NCBI RefSeq assembly: GCF_009914755.1
Contig: NC_060927.1
Origin: the human T2T-CHM13v2.0 reference genome, Homo sapiens
Direction: 5' to 3' (one strand)
DNA length: 64,000 nucleotides
The translations under genes and the position numbers were made by a program. Shown one piece after another: positions 45,473 to 59,649 of this stretch. Position 1 is the first letter of the stretch. Each line of letters opens with the position of its first letter. The notes below the pieces were generated by a model. The model ran no database searches and was not told the DNA's origin. It was given only the letters and a program-made list of their open reading frames with translations.

Positions 45473-46678
45473 CTCATGGGGAATTTTAAATGGCCTACCA
45501 AAGTGTTAATAGTGCCCCAAGACAGAGCCAATCCACAAAGACTAGAAGAGGAGGGGGTTTTACTTGTTTTGTTTTACTTAGCTCCTGGCAATCAAGGACA
45601 GCTCTATCAAAAACACTGGCTGAACACAAGCTAAGCCTTCAGCAATCAAGACAAGCAAACCGTAAGGAACTGGAAGAATCTGACTTCCAGAGTTAAAACA
45701 CTGTAATATTTGAATGTTCAATTTTTAAAAATCACAAGGCATACAAAGAAACAGGAAAGGATAATGCATTCAAAGGAAAAAAAATAAACTGACAAAACTG
45801 TCCATGAGAAAGCTCAAACATTGAAATTATTAGGCAAAGACTTTAAAAACAACTGTCTTAAATGTATTCAAAAAACTAAAAGAAATCATGGAAACGAAGA
45901 AAGGAAACCAGGAAAATAATATATGAACAAAATGAGAATATCAATACAGAGATAGAAATTATAATGAGGAATCAAATAGAAATTATGAAGGTGAGAAGTA
46001 TGATAACTGAAATGAGAAATTTCACTAGAGGAGTTCAACAGCAGGTTTGATCAGGCAGAAGAATGATTTAACAAACTTGAAGATAGGACAATTGAAATTA
46101 TCCATTCTGAGAAGCAGAATGAAAGAGTGAAGAAAAGTGAACAAAGACTAAGATACCTGTGGAACACCATCAAGTGGACCAACATATGCATTATGAGAGT
46201 CTCAGAAGGACAAGGGAGAGAGAGAGACAGAAATTATATGTGAATGGCCAAAAGTGTCCCAAATGTGATAAAAGACATGAGTCTACATATCCAGGAAGCT
46301 CAACAAAGCCCAAGCAAAATAAACACGAAGAGATACACCAAGATACAGTATAGGCAGATTGTCAGAAGACAAAGAGAATCTTGAAAACAGTGAGAGAGAG
46401 GCAACTCATCCTGTACAAGGGAGCCTTAATAAGATTAACAGTTGATTTCGCATCAGAAACCATGGAGGCCTGAAAACAGGAGGCCTGATGCCACTTCACA
46501 CCTACTAGGATGGATATAATTTTTTTTAATGGAAAATAACAAGGAGAGGATGTTGGAGAGGACATGAAGAAATTGGGACCCTTGTACATTGGTGGTGGGA
46601 GTGTAAAACGATGCCACTGCTGTGGTAAAGCTTGGTAGTTCCTCAAAAAGTTAAATGTGGAACTACCACATGACCCAA

Positions 46679-47007
46679 TGTCTTAGTCCATGCAGGATAC
46701 TACAACAAAAATACCATAAACTGGATAGTTTATAAACAACAAAAATTTATTTATCATAGTTATAGAGACCGAGAAGTCCAAGGTCAAGGTGCCAGCAGAT
46801 TCAGTGACTGGTGAAGGGATCTATGATCCCTTCCTGGATCATAGATGACAGTCTTCTCACTATAACTTCAGGTGGAAGAACGGGCATCAATCATGAGGGC
46901 TCCACCTTCATGACCCAATCTCCTCCCAAATGCCCCACCTCCAAAACCATCACCTTGGGGGTTAGGATTTCAACATATGAATTTTGAGTGGACTCAAACA
47001 CCTAGCA
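46679..47007 (-). mobile_element. MLT1A-type solo LTR inside the L1 3' end
   Basis: TGTCTTAGTCC...AAGTCCAAGGTCAAGGTGCCAGCAGATTC...GTTAGGATTTCAACATATGAATTTTG. Confidence 0.8.
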
Positions 47008-47466
47008 GTTCCACTACTAGGTATATATCCAAAAGAAATGAAGCAGAAGCTCAAACAAATATTTATATACCAATGTTTATGGCAGCATAATTCATAGTAG
47101 CCTAAAGATAAATGGATAAATTAAAGATGCTATATGCATACAATGGATTATTATTCAGCCATAAATAGGAATGATGTTCTGACCCATGTTACAACATGCA
47201 TGAACATTATGCTCACTGAAATAAGCCAGACACATAAGGACAAATATTGTATGATTCCAATTACATAAAATACCTAGAATATGCAAATTCATGGAGATAG
47301 AAAGTAGATTAGAGGTTACCAGGGACTCAAGGAAGATAACAATGGGGAGTTGCTTAATGGATGGAGTTTCTATTTGGGATGATGAAGGGGTTCTGGATAT
47401 GAATAGTGGTGATGGTTGCAAAACATGATAATTAATGCTACTGAATTGTACACTTAAAATGATTTA

Positions 47467-47808
<342 letters not shown>

Positions 47809-49266
47809 GTAAAGACTGATAAATTGTACCTTATAAAAATAAAATAAATACATAAAATGTGACTAGCAATTTTAAGACACTTAAATATTTGAATTAATTT
47901 ATTGAATACCTGCTCTGGGAATTAGTGTTATGTTTCCATTTACAGAGACAAAACAGGTCTAATTGATTGACTAAACAATAGATGTAAATGTGGTCAGTGT
48001 TTGGATGTCTATTCATAGAATAGGAACAATTTTTCTGAGAAATGATTTGACTCTCAGCTGTTTCCTGTATGACCTCTCAATTTACATTTTATTCAAGAGT
48101 TTCTAATATAATATTGTGGAGCAAAGAAACTTGACAGCAACAGCTGTTGAGAGAAGGTAACTGTCATATTAATATTTCTGGGAAGAGGTATTGCGGTGTT
48201 ACCAGATTCCAGATTTGCACCTTTTCCCCTCAATCCCTTTATCCCTCTCAAACATTATAGTGATTTATGAAAATATATGTATAATTCCAAATAAGTTTTA
48301 GATAATTCCATATATACCAAATACCCAATTATCTCTTTGCTGTCAAAGGGTAATTTATCCTCATCATGACACTTGCCATCATTACAAGTTTAAAGCCTAA
48401 AAATGAAAAGAGGTTTCACACATTTAAGAGCTAACTCATTTAATAATAAATCAAAAGTAAGTATGAGTTTCATTTAGTAGTAGCATGAGCTAGCTGCAGG
48501 GAAGGTCCTCTCAAGGTGGTCCTTTTTCTTCTCTTCAATAAAGGCAGAACTCTATTAAAGCATATTAGTAAAAACCATATTTAAAAGAATTACTACACTG
48601 AACTGAGCAGCCACCAAATGCAATTGGTACCAGGTGATATAAGGGCTTCTCCTCTCAGGGGGCTTATAAGCAACTAAGGCAGGAAGTCACAGATATCATA
48701 TTCTGCAGTGTAATTTACAAATGAGGTGAAAACAAAGTGTTCCAAAATTCTAAGAGAGACATTGGAATTCTGACCACAAGTGTAATTTATGGAGCCTCAG
48801 AGTAATTATAGGATCTGGAACAGCTGGTGCTCAAATTTAGTGGTCCTCCAGTTGCTGGAATCTGCGATTTCTGGGAAGTTAAACTTTGTGTCACTGCTTC
48901 TACTTGTGATAAAATGAAACCGCTTTCAAAGAGAAGATTCCTATTCCTAGCCTTTTTGGGTAACTTCTACTACCTCCACTTAAGGATGAAAAGGGAGAAG
49001 TTTCCTCCAAGACTGCCTCATGGGGATCAGAGTGTCACCTCCATGCTCCTGCCCTAAGTGCCCCTGAGCACACCCCAGAGGGAGGCTAAGAGATTTTTGA
49101 GAAAGACCATGTGACTGGCTGATAAACACCTATTTTCCTCAGATTCCACCTGAATTTATATCATCAGTGCATCACTCTTTTATTTTGTTCTCTCTGTTCC
49201 TCTTTTTAAATATTAATATTCTCTGGAGAGGGGTAAAACATTAAATGAATTCACACTGAGGAAACT

Positions 49267-49670
<404 letters not shown>

Positions 49671-50220
49671 TCAAGGCCTCAAATTTCTCTGACTTCCTAG
49701 CTGGGCTTGAGAGTGACTCTGGCCCTCAACTGAGGGCATTAGTAAGCTGTCCTTAAGAACGAGAGTGTATTTTCTGGCTGTATTCTTAACTCATTTCACT
49801 ATAGAGCCATGTCTGATATTAACAGTGCAGTGCTAGACTAGAGAGGCCTGGCACTCCTACAGCCTTCTCCTGTCTTCTAGCTGGGACTTCACACCACAGA
49901 CCCAGAGGAAAAGAGACCCAAAGATCCCTGCAGAAACCTGAGAATATTTCCTTTACCTCAGTGGTTTCATAATCTGTTCTTAGTTTCCTGTTTCTGCTGT
50001 AAATAATTCACTATATTTTTAAGAGAGAGAAGGTCAGGCCCTTGTGAGCCAGAAGGGATTTGAGAGATGATGAAAGCTACGTATGTTACCCATAACCTAA
50101 GGACTTCTGGCAAGGTGGCCTACCTGAGCTGGAGTCATGCCTTTTTTCCCTGGACTTGGAGATACCTGTCAGTGCAGAAAGGCCTACTTTTGATCTTGGA
50201 AATAAGTTTCCTGGGGTGAG

Positions 50221-51756
50221 TTCTTAACCCTTTCCAGCTTTCCCACCCTCTTTGGCTTTAGCCATGGCCTTCTGATCTGTGTTTCTCAGGGGACCTGCAG
50301 GCCCCAGATATAGCCCCATGCTGTCCTCCTACCCCAGAGCACACTGTTCAGGCTACTTCCACTGGTACTGAAATCCAGTATTTCACTTACTCTTTTCCTT
50401 TCCAATATCCTCATGACATTCAATATTTCACTTACTCTAGGTCCTCCCTGCCTAAGGCCCAAGTCAACTTTCTGTCCAGTGGGATTTGTAATCCAATGCC
50501 TCCTAGCCCTAGCAGAATCCCATGTGGATAATCAGAAATGTGACTGGAAAAAGGACAGAGCTCTATGGCTGTGGGTCCCAGTCCCCACTGCTGGCAGTAA
50601 GTCCCCAGCAGTGAGCTGTGTAAGCACCTTACATTCTGCGCTTGGTTGAAAACAGCAAGGCAAGCATCCACTTGAGAAATGTCAACCCCTAGGAAATCCC
50701 AGCCTCAAGTCTTTCTCATCCCTTGGGAAGTGCAAATTGGATAGAGAAGAAACCAATTAAAAACAAAACAAACAAATCATACTTAGATATTCTGGCTTTT
50801 CTCACCAGGGCTGGATTAAAGCATGTACTTCAAAATAATAACAACTTAAGTCAATAAATAAATGTAAGGAAGTCCAAATGTTCACCTGAAGACAACTGTG
50901 GTCATTTTTTGGCAATCCCAGGTTCTCTTTTCTACCTGTTTGCTCAATCGTGGTCTCCCTCTCCCTCTCTTGTTGGGGCCCATGCCCCTGCTTTACTGTT
51001 GCCAGAGGCTTGTACTTGTTTGCCTTTTAGGTAGGAGCAGTTACTTCCACTCCCCTCACCTGCCATAAAGCATCTTTATAAACAAAGCAAGTAGAAGAAA
51101 CACATCCTGGTATCCACCACATTCGGCTTTTGTTGATTCTGTTCACTTGGGAGCACCTGCTGCTAGGGAATAAGAAGGTTGAGGCTGAAGAGTGAGGACT
51201 CTTCAGCTCCCCTCTGGCAGGACCCGGGAGAGGAAAGAGCCCTCAGCTGGTCCATCCTCCCCACTCCTGGTCAGCCTTCTGTTCTGAGATCAAAGTGGTG
51301 GGGTCACATTCTCGAGAACTGTGCTCAGCCCCCTCATCTCACACCCTTTCCCTCTCCCTGTGTGCCTGCCCCCCTCTTACATAACCATGCTGGTGATTGG
51401 CACCGTCATAAATCAATACTTTGCTCACTTTCACATCAAGTAACACTATCCAGGGAGGTGGTTTCAACAAAGGAGGAAGTATAAGGAGATCTAGGTTCAA
51501 ATTAATGTTGCCCCTAGTGGTAAAGGACAGAGACCCTCAGACTGATGAAATGCGCTCAGAATTACTTAGACAAAGCGGATATTTGCCACTCTCTTCCCCT
51601 TTTCCTGTGTTTTTGTAGTGAAGAGACCTGAAAGAAAAAAGTAGGGAGAACATAATGAGAACAAATACGGTAATCTCTTCATTTGCTAGTTCAAGTGCTG
51701 GACTTGGGACTTAGGAGGGGCAATGGAGCCGCTTAGTGCCTACATCTGACTTGGAC
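50221..51756 (+). promoter_or_regulatory. NR1I2: NR1I2 upstream/promoter region; also the extended 5'UTR of the long exon-1A transcript form
   Basis: Unique, repeat-poor block directly upstream of exon 1A; TTCTTAACCCTTTCCAGC recalled as the 5' end of a long PXR cDNA. Confidence 0.55.
51699..51711 (-). promoter_or_regulatory. DR1 / HNF4A-type site (AGTCCC A AGTCCA on the minus strand)
   Basis: TGGACTTGGGACT just upstream of exon 1A; one mismatch to the HNF4 CAAAGTCCA motif. Confidence 0.6.
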
Positions 51757-52037
51757 TGAAATATAGGTGAGAGACAAGATTGTCTCATATCCGGGGAAAT
51801 CATAACCTATGACTAGGACGGGAAGAGGAAGCACTGCCTTTACTTCAGTGGGAATCTCGGCCTCAGCCTGCAAGCCAAGTGTTCACAGTGAGAAAAGCAA
51901 GAGAATAAGCTAATACTCCTGTCCTGAAAAAGGCAGCGGCTCCTTGGTAAAGCTACTCCTTGATCGATCCTTTGCACCGGATTGTTCAAAGTGGACCCCA
52001 GGGGAGAAGTCGGAGCAAAGAACTTACCACCAAGCAG
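51757..52037 (+). other. NR1I2: NR1I2 (PXR) non-coding exon 1A; start approximate
   Basis: Matches the recalled PXR 5'UTR (..GAACTTACCACCAAGCAG); donor CAG|GTATGG at 52038. Confidence 0.9.
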
Positions 52038-52494
52038 GTATGGTTTTTCTTTCTTTCTCTTTTGCTGGGGGCTGACCGCCCTTCAGCTCCAGCCAAAAGA
52101 TGTGTGTGAACACAAATATACCTTCTGTTTGAGGTCAGCATCATAGTGGGTCGTGAATCATGTTGGCCTTGCTGCTGTCTCCTCATTTCTAGGGTGGAAA
52201 AAAAAAAGCATGAAAACAATCACTTAATGTTGAGCCCCATTACTGATGCTCTCTGGTCCTGCACTAGCCTCCTAGAAAAATCACCACAGGAGAAGCCTTA
52301 ACTACTGCATGAGTTACCACAAGTCACACATACAACCAGCTCCCTGTTACAGGGCTGGAGTCCCTGGACCCAGGAAATACCACCTCCAAGGACTGTGGGA
52401 GCTGGGGACTATGGGAACTGGGATCAACTCAGTCCTGATTCCTTTTGGCCTGCTGGGTTAGTGCTGGCAGCCCCCTGAGGCCAAGGACAGCAGC

Positions 52495-52589
52495 ATGACA
52501 GTCACCAGGACTCACCACTTCAAGGAGGGGTCCCTCAGAGCACCTGCCATACCCCTGCACAGTGCTGCGGCTGAGTTGGCTTCAAACCA
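52495..52589 (+). CDS. NR1I2: NR1I2 exon 1B coding part, N-terminal extension of the long (PAR-2) isoform: MTVTRTHHFKEGSLRAPAIPLHSAAAELASN(H)
   Basis: AGCATGA start, CA|GTGAGT donor (phase 2); peptide matches the known N-terminally extended PXR isoform. Confidence 0.93.
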
Positions 52590-52976
52590 GTGAGTTTTCT
52601 ACCTCTACTATTGAAAGGGCACCTTGTCCCACAGAACCGAGTCTTGCCTGCATGTGGTCAGTGCCACCAAGTCCTTCTTCTCTCCACATTACAGCCCAGC
52701 TCGGCTGAAGCTATGGCCAGAGGCACTGCTTTAAGGCCACTCCATATCTAGGACAGGTCAACAGACACCTCTGAGGCCACTGAGTCTTGACTCAATGAAT
52801 CAGCTATAGCAGGCACTATTCCTCTCCCACATGGCCTCTAATGATATGGCCAGAGTTGAAAGGATGCTAAGGGAGGCCTCAGAGGCTTATTTAATCAGTT
52901 GGTTAATGGGAAAAAGTATTTTGTGGTACACAAATACGCTTTAAAAATATTTTAGTTACGTCATAAAAGTCTAAAC

Positions 52977-53276
52977 CTGGGGTTGACAAACTATGGCTCA
53001 CAGGCTAACTCTGGCCCACCAGCTGTTTTTATAAATGAAGCTTTATTGGAACACAGCCATGCCCATTCGTTATGTATTGTATATGGCTGTTTTTGCCCTA
53101 CAACATCCTTTCAACTCTGGCCATATCATTAGAGGCCATGTGGGAGAGGAATAGTGCCTGCTATAGCTGATTCATTGAGTCAGCAAAATTGACCAATTGC
53201 GAAAGAGACAGTATGGCCCACAAAGCCTAAAATATTAACTATCTGGCCTTTAACAGAAAAAGTTTGCCAACTCCTG
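52977..53276 (+). mobile_element. MER58 (B/C-type) hAT MITE with 8-bp TSD
   Basis: TIRs CTGGGGTTGACAAACT / AGTTTGCCAACTCCTG; TSD GTCTAAAC/ATCTAAAA. Confidence 0.85.
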
Positions 53277-53559
53277 ATCTAAAAGCTGTCAACTTGTTCC
53301 AAAATTATTATGGAATAAACCCAAGACAACCACAAAACTGACTAGACTAGGTTTTTTAGGTAATAACTTTTTAAATTATAAAGTAATACATGATTTCATG
53401 CTCCTTGAAAATGAGAAAGCAGTATAGATAAACCTAAATTCACCTTTGGCCATTCTGTCAATCCTAATCTCCAGTTTCCCCAAAAGTACTTAGTGTGATA
53501 TATTTACTGCCAGACCATTGTGTCTGTGTGTGTGTTCATCTATGCATAGATGGACTATT

Positions 53560-54880
53560 AAACCTATCTGTTGCCATGTTGTTCTAATTCTGTTTTTCCA
53601 CTCAATAGCAAGACTTGGAGACTTTCCATATCTGTATAGAGCTCTACTTCATTTATTTTAACTGCTACGTCATATTTCACAGTGTACACTTCTTTTATTT
53701 AGCCGTTTTCTTTTCGATAGATATTTAAGCTTTTCCAATTTTTCAGTCTTACCAATGAACCTCACTGTGTTTGTCTGCTTCTAGACATGTGCACGTATTG
53801 CACTAGAGGAACTACTAAGACGTTGAATTGCCACATCACAGGATATATGTGGTTCAATTTTTGGCTGCCAAACAGCCCTCCACAGTACCCGAACTGACTG
53901 TACTCCCACCAGCAGAGAAGGATAGTTACTGTTCTTCCACACTCCAAACAATGCTTGCTGTTTATTCAGTATTTTATTATTTTTTCCATTGAATTAGTGC
54001 AAATGACAACCCATTATTTCAATATTTTAATTTCCCTGATTATTAATGAAGTTGAGCATTCTTTTTATAGGACCCCTCTTGGCCATTGTATTTCTCTTCT
54101 TAAATTACCTATTCATATCCTTAGCTTATTTTATGTCGGATTTTTTTTCTTCTTTGTAGGAGTTTTTTATTTATTCTCAATGCAAATTATTTGATATGTG
54201 TGTAATATTCTCTCTAAGCTTTGTTTAAATCATACTTTTTAGCCAACAGAAATTTTTACTATTATTGTTGTTGTTATTTTGATGTAGTTGAATCTGTTAG
54301 TTTCCCTCTTTCTGGATTTTACTCTTTGAGGCTGATTTTTAAAAGATTTCTCAACTTCCAAAATTATGAAGCTACTTTGGTGCACCTTCCTGTAATACTT
54401 TTATTTAAAAAGTTAGTCTTTATTCACCTGGCACTTATTGCAATACATTATTTCAATACTATTTATTGAAAAGTCCATCTTTTTCCTATTTGTTTGAAAT
54501 ATCACCTCTATCATGTACTAAATTCCCACTTACACATGTCCATTTCTGTGTCCTTTTGTATTTATTTCCTATTCCTGAGCCAATTTCCACTATAATGTTT
54601 ACCTTTTCTACTTGATTTTTTCCCCCAATAAATAGAAAATCTATTTTGTGTTTTGATATTTTGCCTAGTTACCTTATGGAATTCTCTTAATAGTTATAAA
54701 AGCTTATCAGTTGATTCCTTTGGAATTTCTAGTTAGACAAACATATCATCTATATATAGTAAGAGTTTTGCTCCTTCCTTTCCAATCTTTACAAACCTTA
54801 ATTTTTTGTGTCTTATTGGTTTTTCTTTGCCATTCAGCATAATGCTGAGTAGTAGCCATGGAAGTAGATAGTCTCAGAAG
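53560..54880 (-). mobile_element. Ancient L1ME fragments
   Basis: Antisense L1 3'/ORF2-like T-rich text. Confidence 0.6.
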
Positions 54881-56700
54881 TGATGCATACAGTTGTGTGG
54901 GTTCTATACTGCACAATTCTAGGAGATACTCTTTACAAACACTTAGATGTCCTAGGAATTCTTGTCATGTTCCTGATTTCCATTTTTATTTTGTACTATG
55001 AACTCATTTGGAAACTTCTCTTTGGGACTCGTTGAGATTGAAATTGTTTTCCTCTAGAGGATTTATTTTTGCTTTTGCCAGGAACCTGAGGACAGAACTA
55101 ACTGGGACCACCATAAGCTTGGGGTCTACTGGCCACACAAATAGTGAGAATCCTGACCCAAACTTACTTGATTGCAGGCCTGTTGTTAAGAATTTCAAAG
55201 GAGACTTTTCTTTTTGCTCTACCCAGAGCCAAGGCTGAGAAGGCCTGGGATAGACCTGTCTCCCTCCATGATTTCTACTGAGGATGTCACCCTTAGGGGA
55301 TCTTGAGTTTATAGTCTATGATCTGGTTAGGCTCCAGGCTTTGTCTCCTATTCTACCATTAAAATCCAGGCCTCAGGCCTACAGGAGTCCAGAAAACTCC
55401 AGGATGATCATGACTTCCCTTTCTCATGCCTCTGGCTTAGCATAATCTTATAAATTTTGGCCTCTTGAGACTTCCTTTACTTTCCTACCAGCTCAATCCT
55501 GCATGAAAAATGACATTCTTAAAAATTTAGTATTTCTAGGTGCTGCATACCAGGAGGATTTTCTGTAACCAACTTCTCCATCATAGTGCCAGCAATAAAA
55601 TCTTTATTTTTTATTTTAATGAGATTGATTCTAATGCTTCTCCAATAAGATACCTAGTAAAAGTGTTTAGTAACTATTCCATATCAAGTTAGTGAAGCTC
55701 TCTTCTATTCCTCTTGGTTAACCAAGAATTTTAAATCATGAATGAATATTGAGTTTTATTAAATGCTATTAAGCATTGATTAATTTCCTTATCATATCTC
55801 CATAGTTAATTATATAGCTCATCCCAAGGGTGATAGAAGCAGAGATGATCCAATAGCCACTAGGACCCTTGGAATGCAGACCCATGATTTTTCCATTAAA
55901 AAGAACAATAAATTCAGGGAACGTGGACAACATTAATTCAAATTCTTAGTGTGGTTGCCACGTTCTGTTTGTTGAGCCATCAGACTCTTGCCCTCACACT
56001 TCAGATATTGGTGTCCTGGGCACAACCTGGGGAGGACAGGAGGAATGTGTAGGGAACCTCTCTTGCATACAGGGGCTTTTTAGGTGGCACAATTTGAAGG
56101 GGGCTGGGAAAAGTTCCCTGCAACACCTCCTGAACCTCTTTGAAACATCGATATAACAAACTGAATATCCAACTGGAAATTGACATAAAGAGACATATCC
56201 AAATCCGTCATGTAATGTTTGAAATAATTTTCCTGGATCTGTGTAAGTTCCAAAGAGTCAAACTATAAAACCACAGGCAACACTGGCACTACACATGCAT
56301 TGATAAGACATAGGCAGTTAACTCAGAGGCCACTGTGTCCTGTTAAATATTGGAAGAGGGTACTGTGTGTACTTATGACCTGGGCTGGTGCCAGCTCTCA
56401 ACCCTGATCTGTGTCTAGTAACCTTCTGACCTCTTGGATCTGATGACCAAGTCCCAGGAAGCATAAAGGCCAATTTTCATTTATGGCCCCCTGAAGAGAG
56501 CAGCTGACTTCTCTTTCTTGAATTCATAAACCGTGACTTTGGCTATCTGAGTTTCCTCTGGAGGCCTGCCCCATGCCAGGGCCAATGAGGAGGCTTTTGT
56601 TAATAATACTTGATTTGTTTCATAAAGAATTTAAAACATATAGCCTCATTTTGCCCCCATGAATTCTGTGAAAAAACAACTTGCATCATGTATCTATTTA

Positions 56701-57045
<345 letters not shown>

Positions 57046-57392
57046 TCATTAATTGACTTCATGAACTGGAACACACCCCAGAGCCCCAGTTTCCTCATTT
57101 GCAAAAGGGATAATAAGAACTGCCCTGCCCCCGACTCCCTTATTCAACTTGGGATAAGCCCTGCCCTGCCTTCCTCACAGGCACCTTGACATGAAGTTGT
57201 AATTTTGAAATCATTTTGTAAACAGCAAAACTTGTGCAAATGTGAGTTAAATTCACCAAACGTCTCCCTTCACTGAACAACGTCAATGGTTTTATAGGCA
57301 TCACTTGCCTGCATCTTAGAAATTCAGTATTCTTATATTACATTCCCCTTACCTGCTTTTTTCTCTTTATCCTCTGGCCAGTTCTGCTATTA

Positions 57393-57395
<3 letters not shown>

Positions 57396-57434
<39 letters not shown>
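57396..57434. repeat. (GT)n microsatellite
   Basis: Direct reading. Confidence 0.95.
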
Positions 57435-57436
<2 letters not shown>

Positions 57437-57448
57437 TGTGTATGTGTA

Positions 57449-57600
57449 TCTTGGAGATAGTAGGATTATATATATATTTAATTATGCGTGTGTGTATATA
57501 TATGTGTGTATACACACATAATTAAATATATGTAATCGTGTGTATGTATATGTATGTATACACACACACATAATTAAATATAATCCTGCTATCTCCAAGA
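57449..57600. repeat. Imperfect long inverted repeat (fold-back)
   Basis: TCTTGGAGATAGTAGGATTATA vs TATAATCCTGCTATCTCCAAGA (21/22 complementary), plus inner arms. Confidence 0.9.
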
Positions 57601-57755
57601 GTTTCTATCCCAAAGATTATGGTTTTTGTTTTTTTATCCATTTACCCCCTTTTACTTAGACTCTGTTGCTTCAAATTCAAGTTGCCCACTCTTCTCTTCC
57701 CATAATCTCAGTGACCTGGTTCCAAAGCTTGTGCTTTGACTCATTTGAAGACTAA

Positions 57756-58466
<711 letters not shown>

Positions 58467-58994
58467 TGACTTTAAACAACAATTTATAATGTGAGTCATT
58501 TCACATATCTCTTTGATTATTTATTTTATTTCCTAGCACCATAAAGTTGTTTTTATTGACAAGATCATCTTCTCCATGCCAGTCTGTTTGTGTACTGCCA
58601 ATTTTCTGTCTGGTTAGTTGGATTTCCCTGCTACTACTGCAAGTGTGGACTGCAGACCCATAGCATCAGCTCACCTGGGAGCTTGTGAGATGCTGAAGCT
58701 CAGACCCACCACAGACCTACTGAATGGGAATTTGCATTTTCATAAGCTCCTGGGTGATCTGTATGTACTTGAAAGCTGGAGCATCACTCTCTTAGATTGT
58801 AAGCACAGGCTCCAGGTTACCTTAAACGGGGGCACTTCTGAAGCAGGCATGGGAGAGAAGGAAGGCAAAAATCTCAATTGCCAGGGCCCTGACCTCCTAG
58901 AGATTAAAATGTAGTTCAGAACTCAGGTTGGGATCAAATGCAGTTTAATTGACATGGTTATCTTTTTCTTCCTGATTGTAGTGCTTTTAACTAC

Positions 58995-59355
58995 TGTATT
59001 AGTCCATGTTCACATTGCTGATAAAGACATACCTGAGACTGGGTAAATTACAAAGAAAAAAGGTTCAATGGACTCACAGTTCCATGTGGCTGGGGAGGCC
59101 TCACAAACATGGTGGAAGGCAAACGGCACGTCTTACATGGTGGCAGGCAAGAGAGAGAATGAGAACCAAGCGAAAGGGGTTTCCCCTTATAAAACCATCA
59201 GATCTCATGAGACTTATTCACTGCCATGAGAACAGTATTGGGGGAACCGCCCCCATGATTCAATTACCTTCCACCAGGTCCCTCCCACATATGTAGCATT
59301 ATGCAAGCTACAATTCCAGATGAGATTTTGGTGGGGACACAGCCAAACCATATCA
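58995..59355 (-). mobile_element. THE1 MaLR solo LTR, 5-bp TSD ACTAC/ACTAT
   Basis: TGTATTAGTCC...GATAAAGACATACCTGAGACTGGG...CAGCCAAACCATATCA; 361 bp. Confidence 0.9.
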
Positions 59356-59649
59356 ACTATTGATGTTACTTTCCTTTGTTTCCTTTCTTTCTGCTGCTTC
59401 TCCTCCTCACAACTTCTGTTTCCTCGGGGCCCTTCCTGCTTCACAGCTTCCCTGTCCTGCCTTCTCTCTGAGTGCACTGTGGCTGCCATGCACAGGGCAG
59501 GACTGAGGCACCCCAACCAGTCTACTATTTTGGCTTCCTTTTCAATTTAAATTCAATTTAAATATTATTTAAATATTTGATCAACATTTATTTGGTGATG
59601 TTCTTTTTTTAATTTGTAAAATATACAGAAGGAGCAGGATTGAAAAATT

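Noticed and set aside
51771-51786. Short palindrome GAGACAAGATTGTCTC near the PXR TSS
   Set aside because: A 6-7 bp stem is expected by chance in 64 kb; no function can be supported from the sequence.
59086-59098. PRDM9 hotspot motif position in THE1
   Set aside because: The minus strand reads CCTCCCCAGCCAC, lacking the T of the hotspot-associated CCTCCCT variant.
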